In this document: one piece after another, positions 19,340 through 29,704 of the stretch | How the letters are laid out: each line of letters begins with the position of its first letter | How positions within the stretch are numbered: the stretch's first letter is position 1 | DNA from: an uncultured Bacilli bacterium | Lineage (GTDB): Bacteria; Bacillota_I; Bacilli_A; RF39; UBA660 | DNA: 64,000 nt | Reading direction: 5' to 3' | NCBI GenBank assembly: GCA_934183155.1 | Contig: CAKPSB010000003.1 | Coordinates: forward strand, 3,818-67,817 | The notes under the pieces: generated by a model | What the model was told of the DNA's origin: nothing | Database searches by the model: none | The model's input: the letters and a program-made list of their open reading frames with translations, nothing else | Position numbers and translations under genes: made by a program

Positions 19340-19614
19340 TTACATTCCCTTCTTTTTTAAAGCTCTAGCTATATAAATGCCTGTAATAATTACTTTATTT
19401 TTTTTAATTTTATAACTAATAGCATATTTTAATAAATCTGTTTTCATCACTACCACCTCATTTATTAACATAGTAATTAAAAACACATAAATCCTACTTA
19501 AAATTAAAAAAATGTAATTTTTTAGTATTACAAGCTTCAAACTATAAATTTTAAATATCTTTTAAGTAATCATTGATTTTTTTGTATAATTTATGCTATA
19601 CTTATTATGCACAT

Positions 19615-19690
19615 GTCTCCTTAGCTCAGTTGGTAGAGCAACTGACTCTTAATCAGTGGGTCTGGGGTTCGAGCCCCCAAGGGGACACCA
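19615..19690 (+). tRNA. tRNA-Lys (anticodon CTT)
   Basis: 76-nt cloverleaf. The acceptor GTCTCCT pairs with AGGGGAC. D-arm is TAGCTCAGTTGGTAGAGCA. Anticodon stem ACTGA/TCAGT has loop CTCTTAA. T-arm is GGTTCGAGCCCC. Terminal ACCA is encoded. Confidence 0.85.
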
Positions 19691-19699
19691 TTTAAACAT

Positions 19700-19725
19700 T
19701 AAAGCCTTTTTATAAGGCTTTTTAT
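19700..19725 (+). terminator. Rho-independent terminator after tRNA-Lys
   Basis: AAAGCCTTtttatAAGGCTTTTT. Confidence 0.55.
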
Positions 19726-19772
19726 ATAGCAGTTACTATAACTTAATTATCCTATATTAATTTTAAAAGCAA

Positions 19773-19808
19773 AAAATCTACATGCCACCTCGTGTAGATT
19801 TTTTTTAA
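19773..19808. terminator. Bidirectional terminator hairpin at the 3' end of the gamma-glutamyl hydrolase-like gene
   Basis: aaaaATCTACAtgccacctcgTGTAGATttttttt. Confidence 0.5.
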
Positions 19809-19816
19809 ATAACTTC

Positions 19817-20557
19817 TTAAAATTTTTTATTATTTTTTTTCATGCATTGTTTAATAAATAATTTAAATAATCCAATATTTTCATATTCAATCTCAGGATG
19901 AAATTGAACTCCAACCATCCACCAACTACTCTCTTTATTTTCAATAACTTCTATAACACCATCTTCACTTTTACCTGTGATTTTAAATATACTTTTACAA
20001 ATAAATAGTTCCTCTTTAGCCATCGAATTATGAAGCGAAGGCATATTTATAATGTTTTTTCCAAAAACCTCATAAATTTTAGAGTTTTTGTCTAAAAATA
20101 CTTTATGCTTAGAATCATTTATATAATTAACATTAAAAGGATCTAACTTGTTATGTCCAACTTTATCATACAAATACCTACCCTCATCTTCATATTTAAA
20201 ATTTTTAGTAATTTGATCATATGAAAGTTCATTAGGAAATTGACTTCTATACCACTCATAACCAGCCATTGCCTGTAGACCTAAACAAACACCCAAAACA
20301 GGAATTTTATGCAAATAAGCCCAATGAAGTGCACAAATATGTGAGCTACCTAAATGTGGCCCTCCTTGAATTATTAAACCATCACACAAATTTATTTCAT
20401 CTTCATTAAACTTTTCATCTGGAAATAAAAGACCTATTGGAATACCTCCGGCTTCTTCTATTCTCTTTGGAAAATTATCAACAAATCTTGTTTGACATAA
20501 AAAAGGATCATCTTCATTCATTTTTCTTGGAGCAATAACCCCTATTACTGGTTTCAT
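19817..20557 (-). CDS. Class I glutamine amidotransferase-like / gamma-glutamyl-gamma-aminobutyrate hydrolase family (peptidase C26)
   Basis: GVCLGLQ nucleophile elbow, with the His in FHPE. Confidence 0.7.
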   Translation of the reverse strand: MKPVIGVIAPRKMNEDDPFLCQTRFVDNFPKRIEEAGGIPIGLLFPDEKFNEDEINLCDGLIIQGGPHLGSSHICALHWAYLHKIPVLGVCLGLQAMAGYEWYRSQFPNELSYDQITKNFKYEDEGRYLYDKVGHNKLDPFNVNYINDSKHKVFLDKNSKIYEVFGKNIINMPSLHNSMAKEELFICKSIFKITGKSEDGVIEVIENKESSWWMVGVQFHPEIEYENIGLFKLFIKQCMKKNNKKF

Positions 20558-20636
20558 AAAACAAACCCCCTAAATTATTTTATTTAATTAAATTAAAATA
20601 ATTATAACAAAACATAAAAAGTAATTCAATCACCGC

Positions 20637-21407
20637 CTAAAGAATAAGCTTTTTTATTTTTTCTAATCCATTTTTTTCTAATCTAGATATTTGCGCTTGA
20701 CTTATACCAATTTCAGCTGCAAGTTCAGTTTGCGTTTTACCAATTAAATATCTTTGTGTAATAATATACCTTTCCTTATCCTTAATCTCATTCAAAGCTT
20801 TCCTTAAAGCAATCTTCGTTTCCAAATCATATATCTGATCGTCTTCCGAAAGCTGATCAGATAAATATATAACATCACCACCATCGCTATAAATCGGTTC
20901 AAACATACTAACAGTATCCTTCAAACTATTTAAAGAAAGCGCTACTTCCCACTCAGGTAAATTCATTTTTGCAGCAATCAAGCTAACTGAAGGTTCTTCA
21001 TTGTTCTGATATGTAAGTGTTTCCTTTAGCTTTAAAGCTTTATAAGCTATATCCTTAATACTTCTAGAAATTCTAAGAGATGTATTATCCCTTAAATATC
21101 TTTTAACTTCACCCAAAATCATTGGAACAGCATACGTACTAAACCTAACTCCATGGGAAAGATCAAAGTTATCAATAGCCTTAATTAAGCCAATTACTCC
21201 AACTTGAAATAAATCATCCAAGTTATCACATCTACCAGAAAAACTTTTTAAAACCGCTAAAACCAATTTCAAATTACCATTAATCAAAGTATCTTTTGCT
21301 TCCATATTCCCACTTTGATAACTTTTAAACAACTCTACTTGCCTTTCATTAGATAAAACTTCAATATTCGCAGTATTCACGCCACATATATCAACTTTAT
21401 GACGTGC
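20637..21407 (-). CDS. sigG: Sporulation sigma factor SigG. Likely start is MARHKVDICGV.
   Basis: KVDICGVNT…NGNLKLVLAV…DDLFQVGVIGLIKAIDNFDLSHGVRFSTYAVPMILGEVKRYLRDN…FEPIYSDGGD…ISQAQISRLEK. This matches the B. subtilis SigG signature blocks closely. Confidence 0.85.
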   Translation of the reverse strand, partial: ARHKVDICGVNTANIEVLSNERQVELFKSYQSGNMEAKDTLINGNLKLVLAVLKSFSGRCDNLDDLFQVGVIGLIKAIDNFDLSHGVRFSTYAVPMILGEVKRYLRDNTSLRISRSIKDIAYKALKLKETLTYQNNEEPSVSLIAAKMNLPEWEVALSLNSLKDTVSMFEPIYSDGGDVIYLSDQLSEDDQIYDLETKIALRKALNEIKDKERYIITQRYLIGKTQTELAAEIGISQAQISRLEKNGLEKIKKLIL

Positions 21408-21455
21408 CATAATAAAACTCCTTTCTACCATTATATTGGTAAAAAGAAGTTAATT

Positions 21456-21977
21456 TTAAACAAAAAGATAAATAAATAACAAAATTAAAAAAATCAAAAA
21501 TAAAATCATAGAAAATATAAAAATAATTTGTTTATTACTAAAACATTTCTTTAACTTATTATATATAAAATACAAATATATAAATAATCCAAATATTAAA
21601 CACAAATATGACAAAAAAATAGAAATTTTTAAACAAATCATAGAAAAAACTATACATATAATTAAAAATATACTATTTGAAGCAAATAAATTAAAATAAT
21701 TAATAAAGCTTATTTTTCTTTCATATAAATGAACTAAAAAAGGCAAAATAAAGAAAAAAATAAAACCAAATAACAAAACAAGCATAAATGAAAATAAATA
21801 ATTTTCTTTTACTTGTGACACTGTTACAAACTGATTTAAAACATTTGCGTTTTCAATAAAAGACTCAGTATTTAATTTTACAATAGATTGCTTTAAAAAA
21901 ACATAAAAAATAGCTAAAACTAAAGATGTTATCCCAACAAGTAATATATTTTTATAAATTTTTACCATCAACATCAC
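21456..21977 (-). CDS. Hypothetical polytopic membrane protein
   Basis: ORF track. 173 aa, about 5 TM segments. It overlaps the PAP2 gene by 26 nt. Confidence 0.4.
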   Translation of the reverse strand: MMLMVKIYKNILLVGITSLVLAIFYVFLKQSIVKLNTESFIENANVLNQFVTVSQVKENYLFSFMLVLLFGFIFFFILPFLVHLYERKISFINYFNLFASNSIFLIICIVFSMICLKISIFLSYLCLIFGLFIYLYFIYNKLKKCFSNKQIIFIFSMILFLIFLILLFIYLFV

Positions 21978-22569
21978 CTTTTAAATACTTATCTAAAATA
22001 GAAATATATACAATCAAATAAGCCCCACTAATAGCAAAACCAGCACATACATCACTAGGATAATGAACCCCTAAATAAATACGACTCATTCCTATCAAAA
22101 AAATAAAAATACCTAAAAAAACTTTAAAAATAACCTTAGAACTTTTATCCAAATTTATCCTATCAATTAAAAAAATAATAAAACCATAAAAGCCTAATGA
22201 TAACATAGCGTGTCCAGAAGGAAAACTATAACCACTTTCAAAAACCATCATTAAATCATAAGGTCTAGGTCGTGCGAAAAATAATTTTAAAAAGTAATTA
22301 AATAAAAAAATTAAAACAGCATTTGTAGTTATCAAAAAACCATATTTTTTATCAATAAAAAAGCTTAAAAAACATATTAAAATTATCATAAAAGGACTTG
22401 AAAATAAAGTAACAAATTTATATAAACAAGTTAATAAATTATTATCAATTTTAACTATATTATATATATAGTTATCAAAAGGATATATTTTATTAATTGA
22501 AACCATATAAGCAAAAAATAAAAATATACATAATAAAAATGTAAAAACAAACCATTTAAACTTTGTCAT
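21952..22569 (-). CDS. PAP2 family phosphatase (undecaprenyl-diphosphatase/lipid phosphatase type)
   Basis: KLFFARPRP…SFPSGHAM…SRIYLGVHYPSDV. These are PAP2 motifs 1-3. Confidence 0.7.
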   Translation of the reverse strand: MTKFKWFVFTFLLCIFLFFAYMVSINKIYPFDNYIYNIVKIDNNLLTCLYKFVTLFSSPFMIILICFLSFFIDKKYGFLITTNAVLIFLFNYFLKLFFARPRPYDLMMVFESGYSFPSGHAMLSLGFYGFIIFLIDRINLDKSSKVIFKVFLGIFIFLIGMSRIYLGVHYPSDVCAGFAISGAYLIVYISILDKYLKGDVDGKNL

Positions 22570-22610
22570 TCTATCATCAACCTTACATCAAAATAATATC
22601 TTATGATTTT

Positions 22611-23480
22611 CTAATTTCGCTTTATTGCGTTAGGAACCTTTTTAATATGGTTACCTATAATCTCTGACACATCAAAAATAGTTACAAAAGAAGAAGAATC
22701 AATATCATCTAAAATATCCCTCAAAATAGAAACTTCAAATCTTGTAATAACCGTATATAAAACTTTCTTATCATTATGTGAAATAATTCCTTCACCTGAT
22801 AAAACAGTAACAGTTCTTCCTAATCTTTTCAATATTTCTTTAGAAATTTCATCACCATCATCAGTAATTATAAAAGCCGCTTTCGCACTATTTAATCCAT
22901 CTGAAACCATATCAATAACCTTATAGCTTATAAAATAAGTAAGTAAAGAATATAAAGCTCTATCAGTTCCAAAAACAAAAATAGCCGCACCATAAATAAA
23001 AATATTAAAAGCAAAAACTACTTGTCCAACAGATAAACTTTTCTTTCTAGTTACTAAAATTGCTACTATTTCCGTGCCATCTAAACAGCCACCTTCTTTA
23101 ATAATTATACCAACACCAACACCTAAAGCAATACCACCATAAACGGTCGCTAATAAAGTATTATCAATTAATGGATTATAACGATGAAACACTTCTAACA
23201 ACGTACTAAAAAGTAACATAGCATACCCTGCTTTAATTAAAAACTTTTTGCCTAATGTTTTATATCCTAAAATTAAAAAAGGTAAATTTATCAAAAATAT
23301 AATTAATCCCAAAGAACCACCAAATAAAGTATTTATAATTATTGATACACCATTCATACCACCGTCAATCATTTTATTTGGAATCAATATAAGCTCCAAT
23401 GCAGCCGCTGAAATTATTGCACCAACTGTAATTAATACAAGTGATAAAAAAAATCTTTTTGTAAATAATCTTTGTTTCAT
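22611..23480 (-). CDS. YitT-family membrane protein (DUF161 membrane domain plus DUF2179 C-terminal domain)
   Basis: 289 aa. The N-terminal TM half is GMNGVSIIIN…GYKTLGKKF. The C-terminal soluble domain pattern is typical of the YitT/YqfU family. Confidence 0.6.
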   Translation of the reverse strand: MKQRLFTKRFFLSLVLITVGAIISAAALELILIPNKMIDGGMNGVSIIINTLFGGSLGLIIFLINLPFLILGYKTLGKKFLIKAGYAMLLFSTLLEVFHRYNPLIDNTLLATVYGGIALGVGVGIIIKEGGCLDGTEIVAILVTRKKSLSVGQVVFAFNIFIYGAAIFVFGTDRALYSLLTYFISYKVIDMVSDGLNSAKAAFIITDDGDEISKEILKRLGRTVTVLSGEGIISHNDKKVLYTVITRFEVSILRDILDDIDSSSFVTIFDVSEIIGNHIKKVPNAIKRN

Positions 23481-23573
23481 AATACCTCACCTAATTTAAT
23501 TATAAACAAGTTTTTAAATATTTAAAAGAGATATAAAAAAAATATAATGAAGTTTACATTATTTTCTAATATA

Positions 23574-24638
23574 TTAAATATCAATATTTTTCTCTATTAT
23601 TCGTCTATTTTCTAAAAGTCGTTCATCAGCATCTATTTTAATAGCCTTATCAATATTTTCTAAAGCCTTTTTATAATCATTTATATTAAAATAACAAATA
23701 GATAAAAGGTCATAAATATATAATGGCAAACAAAAATATTCATTTATATAAGTTTTATAATTAGTTTTAATTTCTAACGCCTTATTTAAAAATGTAATAG
23801 CATCTTCATATCTTTTAATATCATAATAAAATAAACCCAATTCAGCATATCCATCTTTTAAATATGGTGCTTCTAAAATAGCTTTTTTATACCACATCTC
23901 AGCCTCATCATATCTTTTTAAATTCTTATAACATCTTCCAATAAATCTCATTGAAGCACATCTTTCATCTTTCCATGTTGCTGTTTTTAAATTTAAATGT
24001 TTAATAAATGTATCAATTGCCTTATTCCAATCACCAAGATACATATACTCTCTACCTAAATAGTGCATATTACGATCATCTAAAGGATTTTCCTTTACCG
24101 AAATCTCAAGCAGCGGTAAATAATTTCTAATTTTATCTTTATCAGGATAATGATTTAATACTATATCTACAAACACCTTTTTTTCCTTACAATCACATTT
24201 TAAAACTTCATGAACTGGATAAATCCACCGATAACCCCTTCTACTATGAATCTTTTCATAATAAAAACTAACTAATGGAATATTGTCCTTTAAAGACCAA
24301 TTATATATATATGAAGCCCTCGTAGTACCTTTATTCCAAGCCTTTTCTAACTTATCTCGCCACCCTTTTTCAAACACTTCATCTATATCTGTACACACAC
24401 AAATGTCCGCATCATCATCTACCATATCTAAAGACATATTTCTAGCCTTATCAAAACGCCATGGATTTATTAAGCTATATTTAACTTTCACACCAAGCTC
24501 TTTTAAAATTTTCACAGAATCATCTGTAGAACCTGTATCTAAAACAAAAATTTTATCAGCCTCGCTCATTGAATCAAACCATCTTCTTATAAATTTCTCT
24601 TCATTTTTGCAAATAGCATAAACACACACTTTGTACAT
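23574..24638 (-). CDS. Family 2 glycosyltransferase fused to C-terminal TPR repeats
   Basis: The N-terminus MYKVCVYAICKNEEKFIRRWFDSM…VLDTGSTDDS is the GT2 DxD region. The C-terminal ~150 aa has TPR-like W/Y/A periodicity (AEMWYKKAILEAP…AELGLFYY…). Confidence 0.65.
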   Translation of the reverse strand: MYKVCVYAICKNEEKFIRRWFDSMSEADKIFVLDTGSTDDSVKILKELGVKVKYSLINPWRFDKARNMSLDMVDDDADICVCTDIDEVFEKGWRDKLEKAWNKGTTRASYIYNWSLKDNIPLVSFYYEKIHSRRGYRWIYPVHEVLKCDCKEKKVFVDIVLNHYPDKDKIRNYLPLLEISVKENPLDDRNMHYLGREYMYLGDWNKAIDTFIKHLNLKTATWKDERCASMRFIGRCYKNLKRYDEAEMWYKKAILEAPYLKDGYAELGLFYYDIKRYEDAITFLNKALEIKTNYKTYINEYFCLPLYIYDLLSICYFNINDYKKALENIDKAIKIDADERLLENRRIIEKNIDI

Positions 24639-24668
24639 AAAATCACCTAATAAATTATATGATTTTCC

Positions 24669-25358
24669 TCAACTTTTATCTAATTGTTTTAATCTTTTAA
24701 TAACTTTTTTTTCAATTCTTGAAATATAAGATTGTGAAATTCCCATCATTCTAGCAACATCTTTTTGTGTCATCTCATCCTCGTTATAAAGACCATACCT
24801 TAATATCATTATTTTTTTATCTCTCTCATTTAAACAATTAATCTCTTGATAAAGCAACTTCTTTTCAATTTCCTCCTCTAAACCTTTAGTAACAACATCA
24901 CTATCAGTCCCAAGTACATCTTCTAAATGTAACTCATTACCTTCAGCATCATAACTTAAATTATCTTCAAAACTAATTTCCGCTTTTCTTCGTTTATTTT
25001 TTCTCAAAAACATCAATATTTCATTATCAATACACCTTGAAGCATATGTCGCAAGTTTAATATTTTTGTCTAACTTATAAGTATTCACCCCTTTTATCAA
25101 ACCAACACTACCAATACTAACTAAATCTTCCAAATCGACTCCTGTATTTTCATACTTTTTAGCCAAAAAAACAACTAAACGCAAATTATGTTCAATAAGT
25201 TTATTACGCGCACTATCATCACCATTTGTCGATAAAATTACATATTTTATTTCATCATCTTTAGAAAGTGGCGCTGGTAATTTATCCGCACTACCAATAA
25301 AAAAAACAGCTTCATCTTTAAAAATTTTCTTAATAAATTTAATTATTCTTCTAATCAT
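24669..25358 (-). CDS. sigE: Sporulation sigma factor SigE (pro-sigma-E with N-terminal pro-sequence)
   Basis: FIGSADKLPAPLSKDDE…IEHNLRLVVFLAKKYENTGVDLEDLVSIGSVGLIKGVNTY…KLATYASRCIDNEILMFLR…MMGISQSYISRIEK. This matches B. subtilis pro-SigE closely. Confidence 0.85.
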   Translation of the reverse strand: MIRRIIKFIKKIFKDEAVFFIGSADKLPAPLSKDDEIKYVILSTNGDDSARNKLIEHNLRLVVFLAKKYENTGVDLEDLVSIGSVGLIKGVNTYKLDKNIKLATYASRCIDNEILMFLRKNKRRKAEISFEDNLSYDAEGNELHLEDVLGTDSDVVTKGLEEEIEKKLLYQEINCLNERDKKIMILRYGLYNEDEMTQKDVARMMGISQSYISRIEKKVIKRLKQLDKS

Positions 25359-25359
25359 T

Positions 25360-26127
25360 TTAACCCTCCATTAATCCATTTAATAAAACATCCATATTAA
25401 TATTTTCATTAAAAGCTAAATAAATATTTTCAAACATTCCAATTCCAACCACCTCCACCCTTCTAACTTTTATTCCCTCTAAAATGCCACTAGCACCAAC
25501 AGATGTATAAGGAATATACATTTTCTTATTTTTAAAAGTATTTTTAATATTCGTTATTATAACTGGTTTTCCTTTAAAAGTAAGTGTATTACCAGTATCT
25601 AAATAACCATTTAAATTAAGTATCCTTCTACCTATATAAATATTTACTTTATAAGTATTAACTATTTTCTTTTTATACATTATATTTTGTTTTACATAAA
25701 AATATAATACTAAAGGTGATACTATAATTAAAAAGATAAAATTTATACTTATACCATTGTTATAAAATAAAATTCCTTTATGACTATAAGCAAACTCAAT
25801 GTTCAAAACATATAAAAACCCCCCTAAAAAAATACTAACAATATAAAACATAACAATGTTAACTAAAAAAGTTTTTAAATTTCTATACCCAAATGTAATT
25901 AAAATCATTAAAATACTTAAATATAATTTTATAAAAAATAACTGTAAAGAACTTATTTTAAAAAAAAGCACTAAAATAGTTAAACTTCCAACAAATGCGC
26001 CCAAAACAATTCTAAAAATTTTTACATTTCGTTTTAATAATATTTGAACAGAAAAAAGTAGCAAAAAATCAAAAAAGAAATTTAAAAAAAGCACTTCATC
26101 AATATAAATAGTCATTTTACCACCCAA
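25360..26127 (-). CDS. spoIIGA: Sigma-E processing peptidase SpoIIGA
   Basis: It is a membrane protein immediately upstream of sigE. The N-terminus IYIDEVLFLNFFFDFLLLFSVQILLKR matches the SpoIIGA start. DTGN is present in GYLDTGNTLT, the aspartic protease motif. Confidence 0.7.
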   Translation of the reverse strand: MGGKMTIYIDEVLFLNFFFDFLLLFSVQILLKRNVKIFRIVLGAFVGSLTILVLFFKISSLQLFFIKLYLSILMILITFGYRNLKTFLVNIVMFYIVSIFLGGFLYVLNIEFAYSHKGILFYNNGISINFIFLIIVSPLVLYFYVKQNIMYKKKIVNTYKVNIYIGRRILNLNGYLDTGNTLTFKGKPVIITNIKNTFKNKKMYIPYTSVGASGILEGIKVRRVEVVGIGMFENIYLAFNENINMDVLLNGLMEG

Positions 26128-26166
26128 AATAAGTATAAAAAAAACGACGTTAAAATTATGTCGTTT

Positions 26167-27858
26167 TTATTTGTTTAATATTTTATTTAGCTCATCCATT
26201 AATTTGTCTTTAGAAACCTCTATATCAACTTTACCATCCCTAGATTTAAGTTCAACTATATTATCCTTTGCTTTTTTACCAATAGTTATTTTATAAGGAA
26301 TACCAATTAAATCCATATCATTAAATTTAATTCCAGCCCTTTCATCTCTATCATCAAGTAACGTTTCAATATTATAACTATTTAACAAATCATAAACTTC
26401 ATCAGCTAAAAAGGTTTGCTTTTCATCTTTTGAATTAATCAAAACAATTCCAACTTTAAAAGGTGCGACAGAAATAGGCCATACCAATCCCTTATCATCC
26501 GCTGTTTGTTCTGCTAAAGCACTCATACATCTAGCAATTCCAATACCATAACAACCCATATACACTGGTTTTAAAGTGTTATCTTTATCTAAATAATTTA
26601 AATCTAAAGCTAATGAATATTTAGTGCCTAATTTAAATGTATTACCAACTTCAATACCTTTTTTAAAATAAATTTTACCGCCACATTTTGGGCATGTATC
26701 TCCCTGTTTAATATTTACAATATCCCCTTGCATATAAACATCAAAATCTTTTAAATTAACATTAATATAATGATATCCTGTAACATTAGCTCCGCAAACA
26801 AAATTACACATATCAGCCACTTCGTTGTCAATAACAATTTTTGCATTCATATTAACAGGACCTAAAGAACCAAAAGAAGCATCTGTAATTGTTTTTAACT
26901 CTTCTTCAGTAGCAAGTTCAACACTTTTTGCCTTCAAAAGTTTACGTAACTTCGTATCATTCAATTCTCTATCGCCTTTAATTACCGCAACAATAATATC
27001 ACCATCAACATTATAAACAAGCGTTTTTACCGTTTTTTTAACATCAACATCTAACAATTTAACTATATCTTCAATTGTTTTAGCACCTTTTGTGGCAATT
27101 TTTTCAATCTTTTTTTCCTCTTCATGTAAACCTTTTTCAGCTACAACCTCAGCTACCTCAATATTTGAACCATAATCACAACTATCACACATTACAAGTG
27201 TATCTTCACCAATTTCAGTTACAGCCTGAAATTCCTCAGATAAATCTCCACCCATAACACCAGTATCAGCTTTTACAATTCGATAATCAATACCAATTTC
27301 ATCAAAAGTATTTTTATAAGCTGTAACCATTTTTTGATAAGATATTTCACCAGAATTAACATCTGTATCAAAACTATAAGCGTCTTTCATCGTAAACTCA
27401 CGTGTTCTAATAAGTCCATATCTAGGTCTTGCTTCATCTCTAAATTTATCTTGCATTTGATAAATATTAAATGGCATGTCCTTATATGATTTTATTTTTT
27501 CTTTAGCAGCCATTACAAATAATTCTTCATGCGTAGGGCCTAAACAAAATTCACGATTATTACGGTCATTTAATTTAAACATATCGCTTCCAAAAGAATC
27601 ATAGCGATTTGACTTTTGAAAAATTTCACTTGGTATCAAAGCAGGCATCAAAACCTCTAAAGCCCCAGCTTCATTCATATGTTTCCTAACTATTTTTTCA
27701 ATATTTTGTTTTACTCTAAGACCAAGTGGCATAAACATGTAAACACCACTAGCCTCTTTCTTTATATAACCAGCTCTTACTAATAAATTACCACTCTTAG
27801 AATCTTCTCCCTTTACATCTTCTTTTTTCGTATAGAAAAAACTATTACTTAATTTCAT
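26167..27858 (-). CDS. proS: Proline--tRNA ligase (bacterial type). Start is at M21 of the track ORF.
   Basis: MKLSNSFFYTKKE…LLVRAGYIKK… with class II motifs throughout. RBS TAGGAGGA sits 8 nt before the ATG at 27858. Confidence 0.9.
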   Translation of the reverse strand: MKLSNSFFYTKKEDVKGEDSKSGNLLVRAGYIKKEASGVYMFMPLGLRVKQNIEKIVRKHMNEAGALEVLMPALIPSEIFQKSNRYDSFGSDMFKLNDRNNREFCLGPTHEELFVMAAKEKIKSYKDMPFNIYQMQDKFRDEARPRYGLIRTREFTMKDAYSFDTDVNSGEISYQKMVTAYKNTFDEIGIDYRIVKADTGVMGGDLSEEFQAVTEIGEDTLVMCDSCDYGSNIEVAEVVAEKGLHEEEKKIEKIATKGAKTIEDIVKLLDVDVKKTVKTLVYNVDGDIIVAVIKGDRELNDTKLRKLLKAKSVELATEEELKTITDASFGSLGPVNMNAKIVIDNEVADMCNFVCGANVTGYHYINVNLKDFDVYMQGDIVNIKQGDTCPKCGGKIYFKKGIEVGNTFKLGTKYSLALDLNYLDKDNTLKPVYMGCYGIGIARCMSALAEQTADDKGLVWPISVAPFKVGIVLINSKDEKQTFLADEVYDLLNSYNIETLLDDRDERAGIKFNDMDLIGIPYKITIGKKAKDNIVELKSRDGKVDIEVSKDKLMDELNKILNK

Positions 27859-28078
27859 TTTATATCCTCCTAACAAAAAAAGGATAGTACACAAGGAGTG
27901 CAAAAAGCACGGTACCATCCTCTCATTTACTTAATTAATATAACGGTTTTACCCGGGAGTGATTAGCTCCACTTAGAAAGTAGGAATTAAATACTATCAT
28001 AACTTGTTCTCACTATCCAAGCTCACTTTTTATGAGGAAATATTTAATATTCTTTCTTCATCGATTTATATAATAACT
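27859..28078 (-). ncRNA. T-box riboswitch leader upstream of proS
   Basis: The minus strand carries AGAGGATGGTACCGTG (plus 27908-27920), a T-box variant, followed by the terminator hairpin GCACTCCTTGTGTACTATCCTTTTTTT just before the proS RBS. Confidence 0.55.
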
Positions 28079-28585
28079 TTAAAATTTAATAATACTAATT
28101 GCGAAAAGTAAAAATAAATTATATGCATATTTCAATCTAAACTTAAACTTAATAGAAAGTTCATTTGTAGCAACTACTTTATCAACCAAACTTACTATCC
28201 AACTTTCCATATACTTTGGAACGGAAATATTAACCGGAAACATATGAGATCTAATCATATCTTTCTCTTTAATAGTCAAATCAAAATTATTCTCAGCCGT
28301 TTTCAAAGACAATTTAGGATGTAGAAAATAAGATTTCAGTCTATCCTTTTTAGACCAATCCTCAGGACTAAAAAAGAAATCATGTAATAAACCACCAATA
28401 GCTGTTTGTTCATAATCTAAATGTAACATTTTAGCCACTTTGTATGAGTAATAAGATACTTTTAACGAATGATCATATCTACTAATACCATGATGTTCTA
28501 TTTTTTTAATTTTATTAAACTCTTCATTGTTTATAATATTATTTATAATTCTCATATATTGTAAGTCGTTTTTATGACTACTCAT
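28079..28585 (-). CDS. HD-domain phosphohydrolase family protein
   Basis: H…HD motif: HHGISRYDHSLKV…GGLLHDFFF. Confidence 0.55.
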   Translation of the reverse strand: MSSHKNDLQYMRIINNIINNEEFNKIKKIEHHGISRYDHSLKVSYYSYKVAKMLHLDYEQTAIGGLLHDFFFSPEDWSKKDRLKSYFLHPKLSLKTAENNFDLTIKEKDMIRSHMFPVNISVPKYMESWIVSLVDKVVATNELSIKFKFRLKYAYNLFLLFAISIIKF

Positions 28586-28648
28586 TATATTTCACCTCAA
28601 ATTACTTAACCAGTATAGCACAATATGATATAATTTTCAAATTGACCC

Positions 28649-29704
28649 TTAACTGTCATTTTCGCTTGTATTTCCTTCTATTTTTAACTCTTCTGATGGT
28701 GGCGTTATTTGAATAAATGTATTTCCATCATTAACTTTTATTTCTTTTCCATCTTTATCTTTATAAACTGTTTGACTTGTTCTACTATCCTTAGACCAAG
28801 TTATCGCAATAGCGTAACCATCTGTTATATAATAACCATCACCTGATCCAATATTATCTAACTTTAATCTTCCATAAGAATCATAAGTATGAGTAGCAAT
28901 CGGCGTAATAATAATATTTTTATATGTATATTGTTTACCTGTTAAAGCATCTACATGTGGTGTATTTGACATACTCCTTTTATACACCTTATTTGCCTCA
29001 TCATATTCGTAACTACTATTAGTATAATATGAATACTTAATAAATACTGTATCGGCTTTTATAGCATTTTCTTTCTTGCTTAAATCAACCTCATCAACAC
29101 TATAATTTAAAAGTAGTTTCTTATTAGTATCCCTATCATACCCTTTTTCTTTAGCAAAAGCTTTTATTTTTTCCATACTTGTAAAAGCTGTATGCTCAGA
29201 AGCCTTATGAAGTGATGTATCTCGCCAAAACACTTTAGAATCAGTAAGACCATTTATATTATCAACACCAAGTGAAGAAATATCTGCCTTAGCCTGCTCA
29301 CTCCAACCAAAATGAACATAAATAGCATCGTTTTCTAAAGCATAATCTAAATAATATGGCCTAGAACTTCTAACAGAACCAATTTTAGAAGTGTTTTGAT
29401 CTTTAAATAAAGCCATTAATCTAGTAATACCACCTTCAGCTAATATTTCATAAGTTATATAAGCATCCTGTAGTCCTGCATGAGGCCAAGCCGCATGATT
29501 ATTATTTATCATCACCGCAATAGGCCTTGTTTTTGACTTTTCATCAACAATTTTCAATTTTTTAACAATCTTTACCTTTTTAGAAATGCGTTCGTCGACT
29601 TCACTTTTATTAGTCCAATAATAATACGCTCCTAAAGCAACAATAATTATAATTAAAAAAGAAATTATGAAAAATCTTTTTTGACGTTTTTTCCTCTTTG
29701 TCAT
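28649..29704 (-). CDS. DUF3048 (YerB-like) membrane-anchored or lipoprotein
   Basis: The N-terminal anchor is followed by PIAVMINNNHAAWPHAGLQDAYITYEILAEGGITRLMALF, the characteristic DUF3048 core. Confidence 0.6.
   Translation of the reverse strand: MTKRKKRQKRFFIISFLIIIIVALGAYYYWTNKSEVDERISKKVKIVKKLKIVDEKSKTRPIAVMINNNHAAWPHAGLQDAYITYEILAEGGITRLMALFKDQNTSKIGSVRSSRPYYLDYALENDAIYVHFGWSEQAKADISSLGVDNINGLTDSKVFWRDTSLHKASEHTAFTSMEKIKAFAKEKGYDRDTNKKLLLNYSVDEVDLSKKENAIKADTVFIKYSYYTNSSYEYDEANKVYKRSMSNTPHVDALTGKQYTYKNIIITPIATHTYDSYGRLKLDNIGSGDGYYITDGYAIAITWSKDSRTSQTVYKDKDGKEIKVNDGNTFIQITPPSEELKIEGNTSENDS

Noticed and set aside
19340-19540. 66-aa ORF abutting the start of the ABC ATPase gene
   Set aside because: It has no RBS and the N-terminal half is hydrophobic junk. 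A short leader peptide is possible but unsupported, and the region is more likely the promoter/5'-UTR of the ABC operon.
19615-20560. tRNA-Lys as the attachment site of an integrated element
   Set aside because: No integrase, recombinase, phage gene or direct repeat of the tRNA 3' end was found downstream. The flanking genes (GATase-like hydrolase, sigG) are core.
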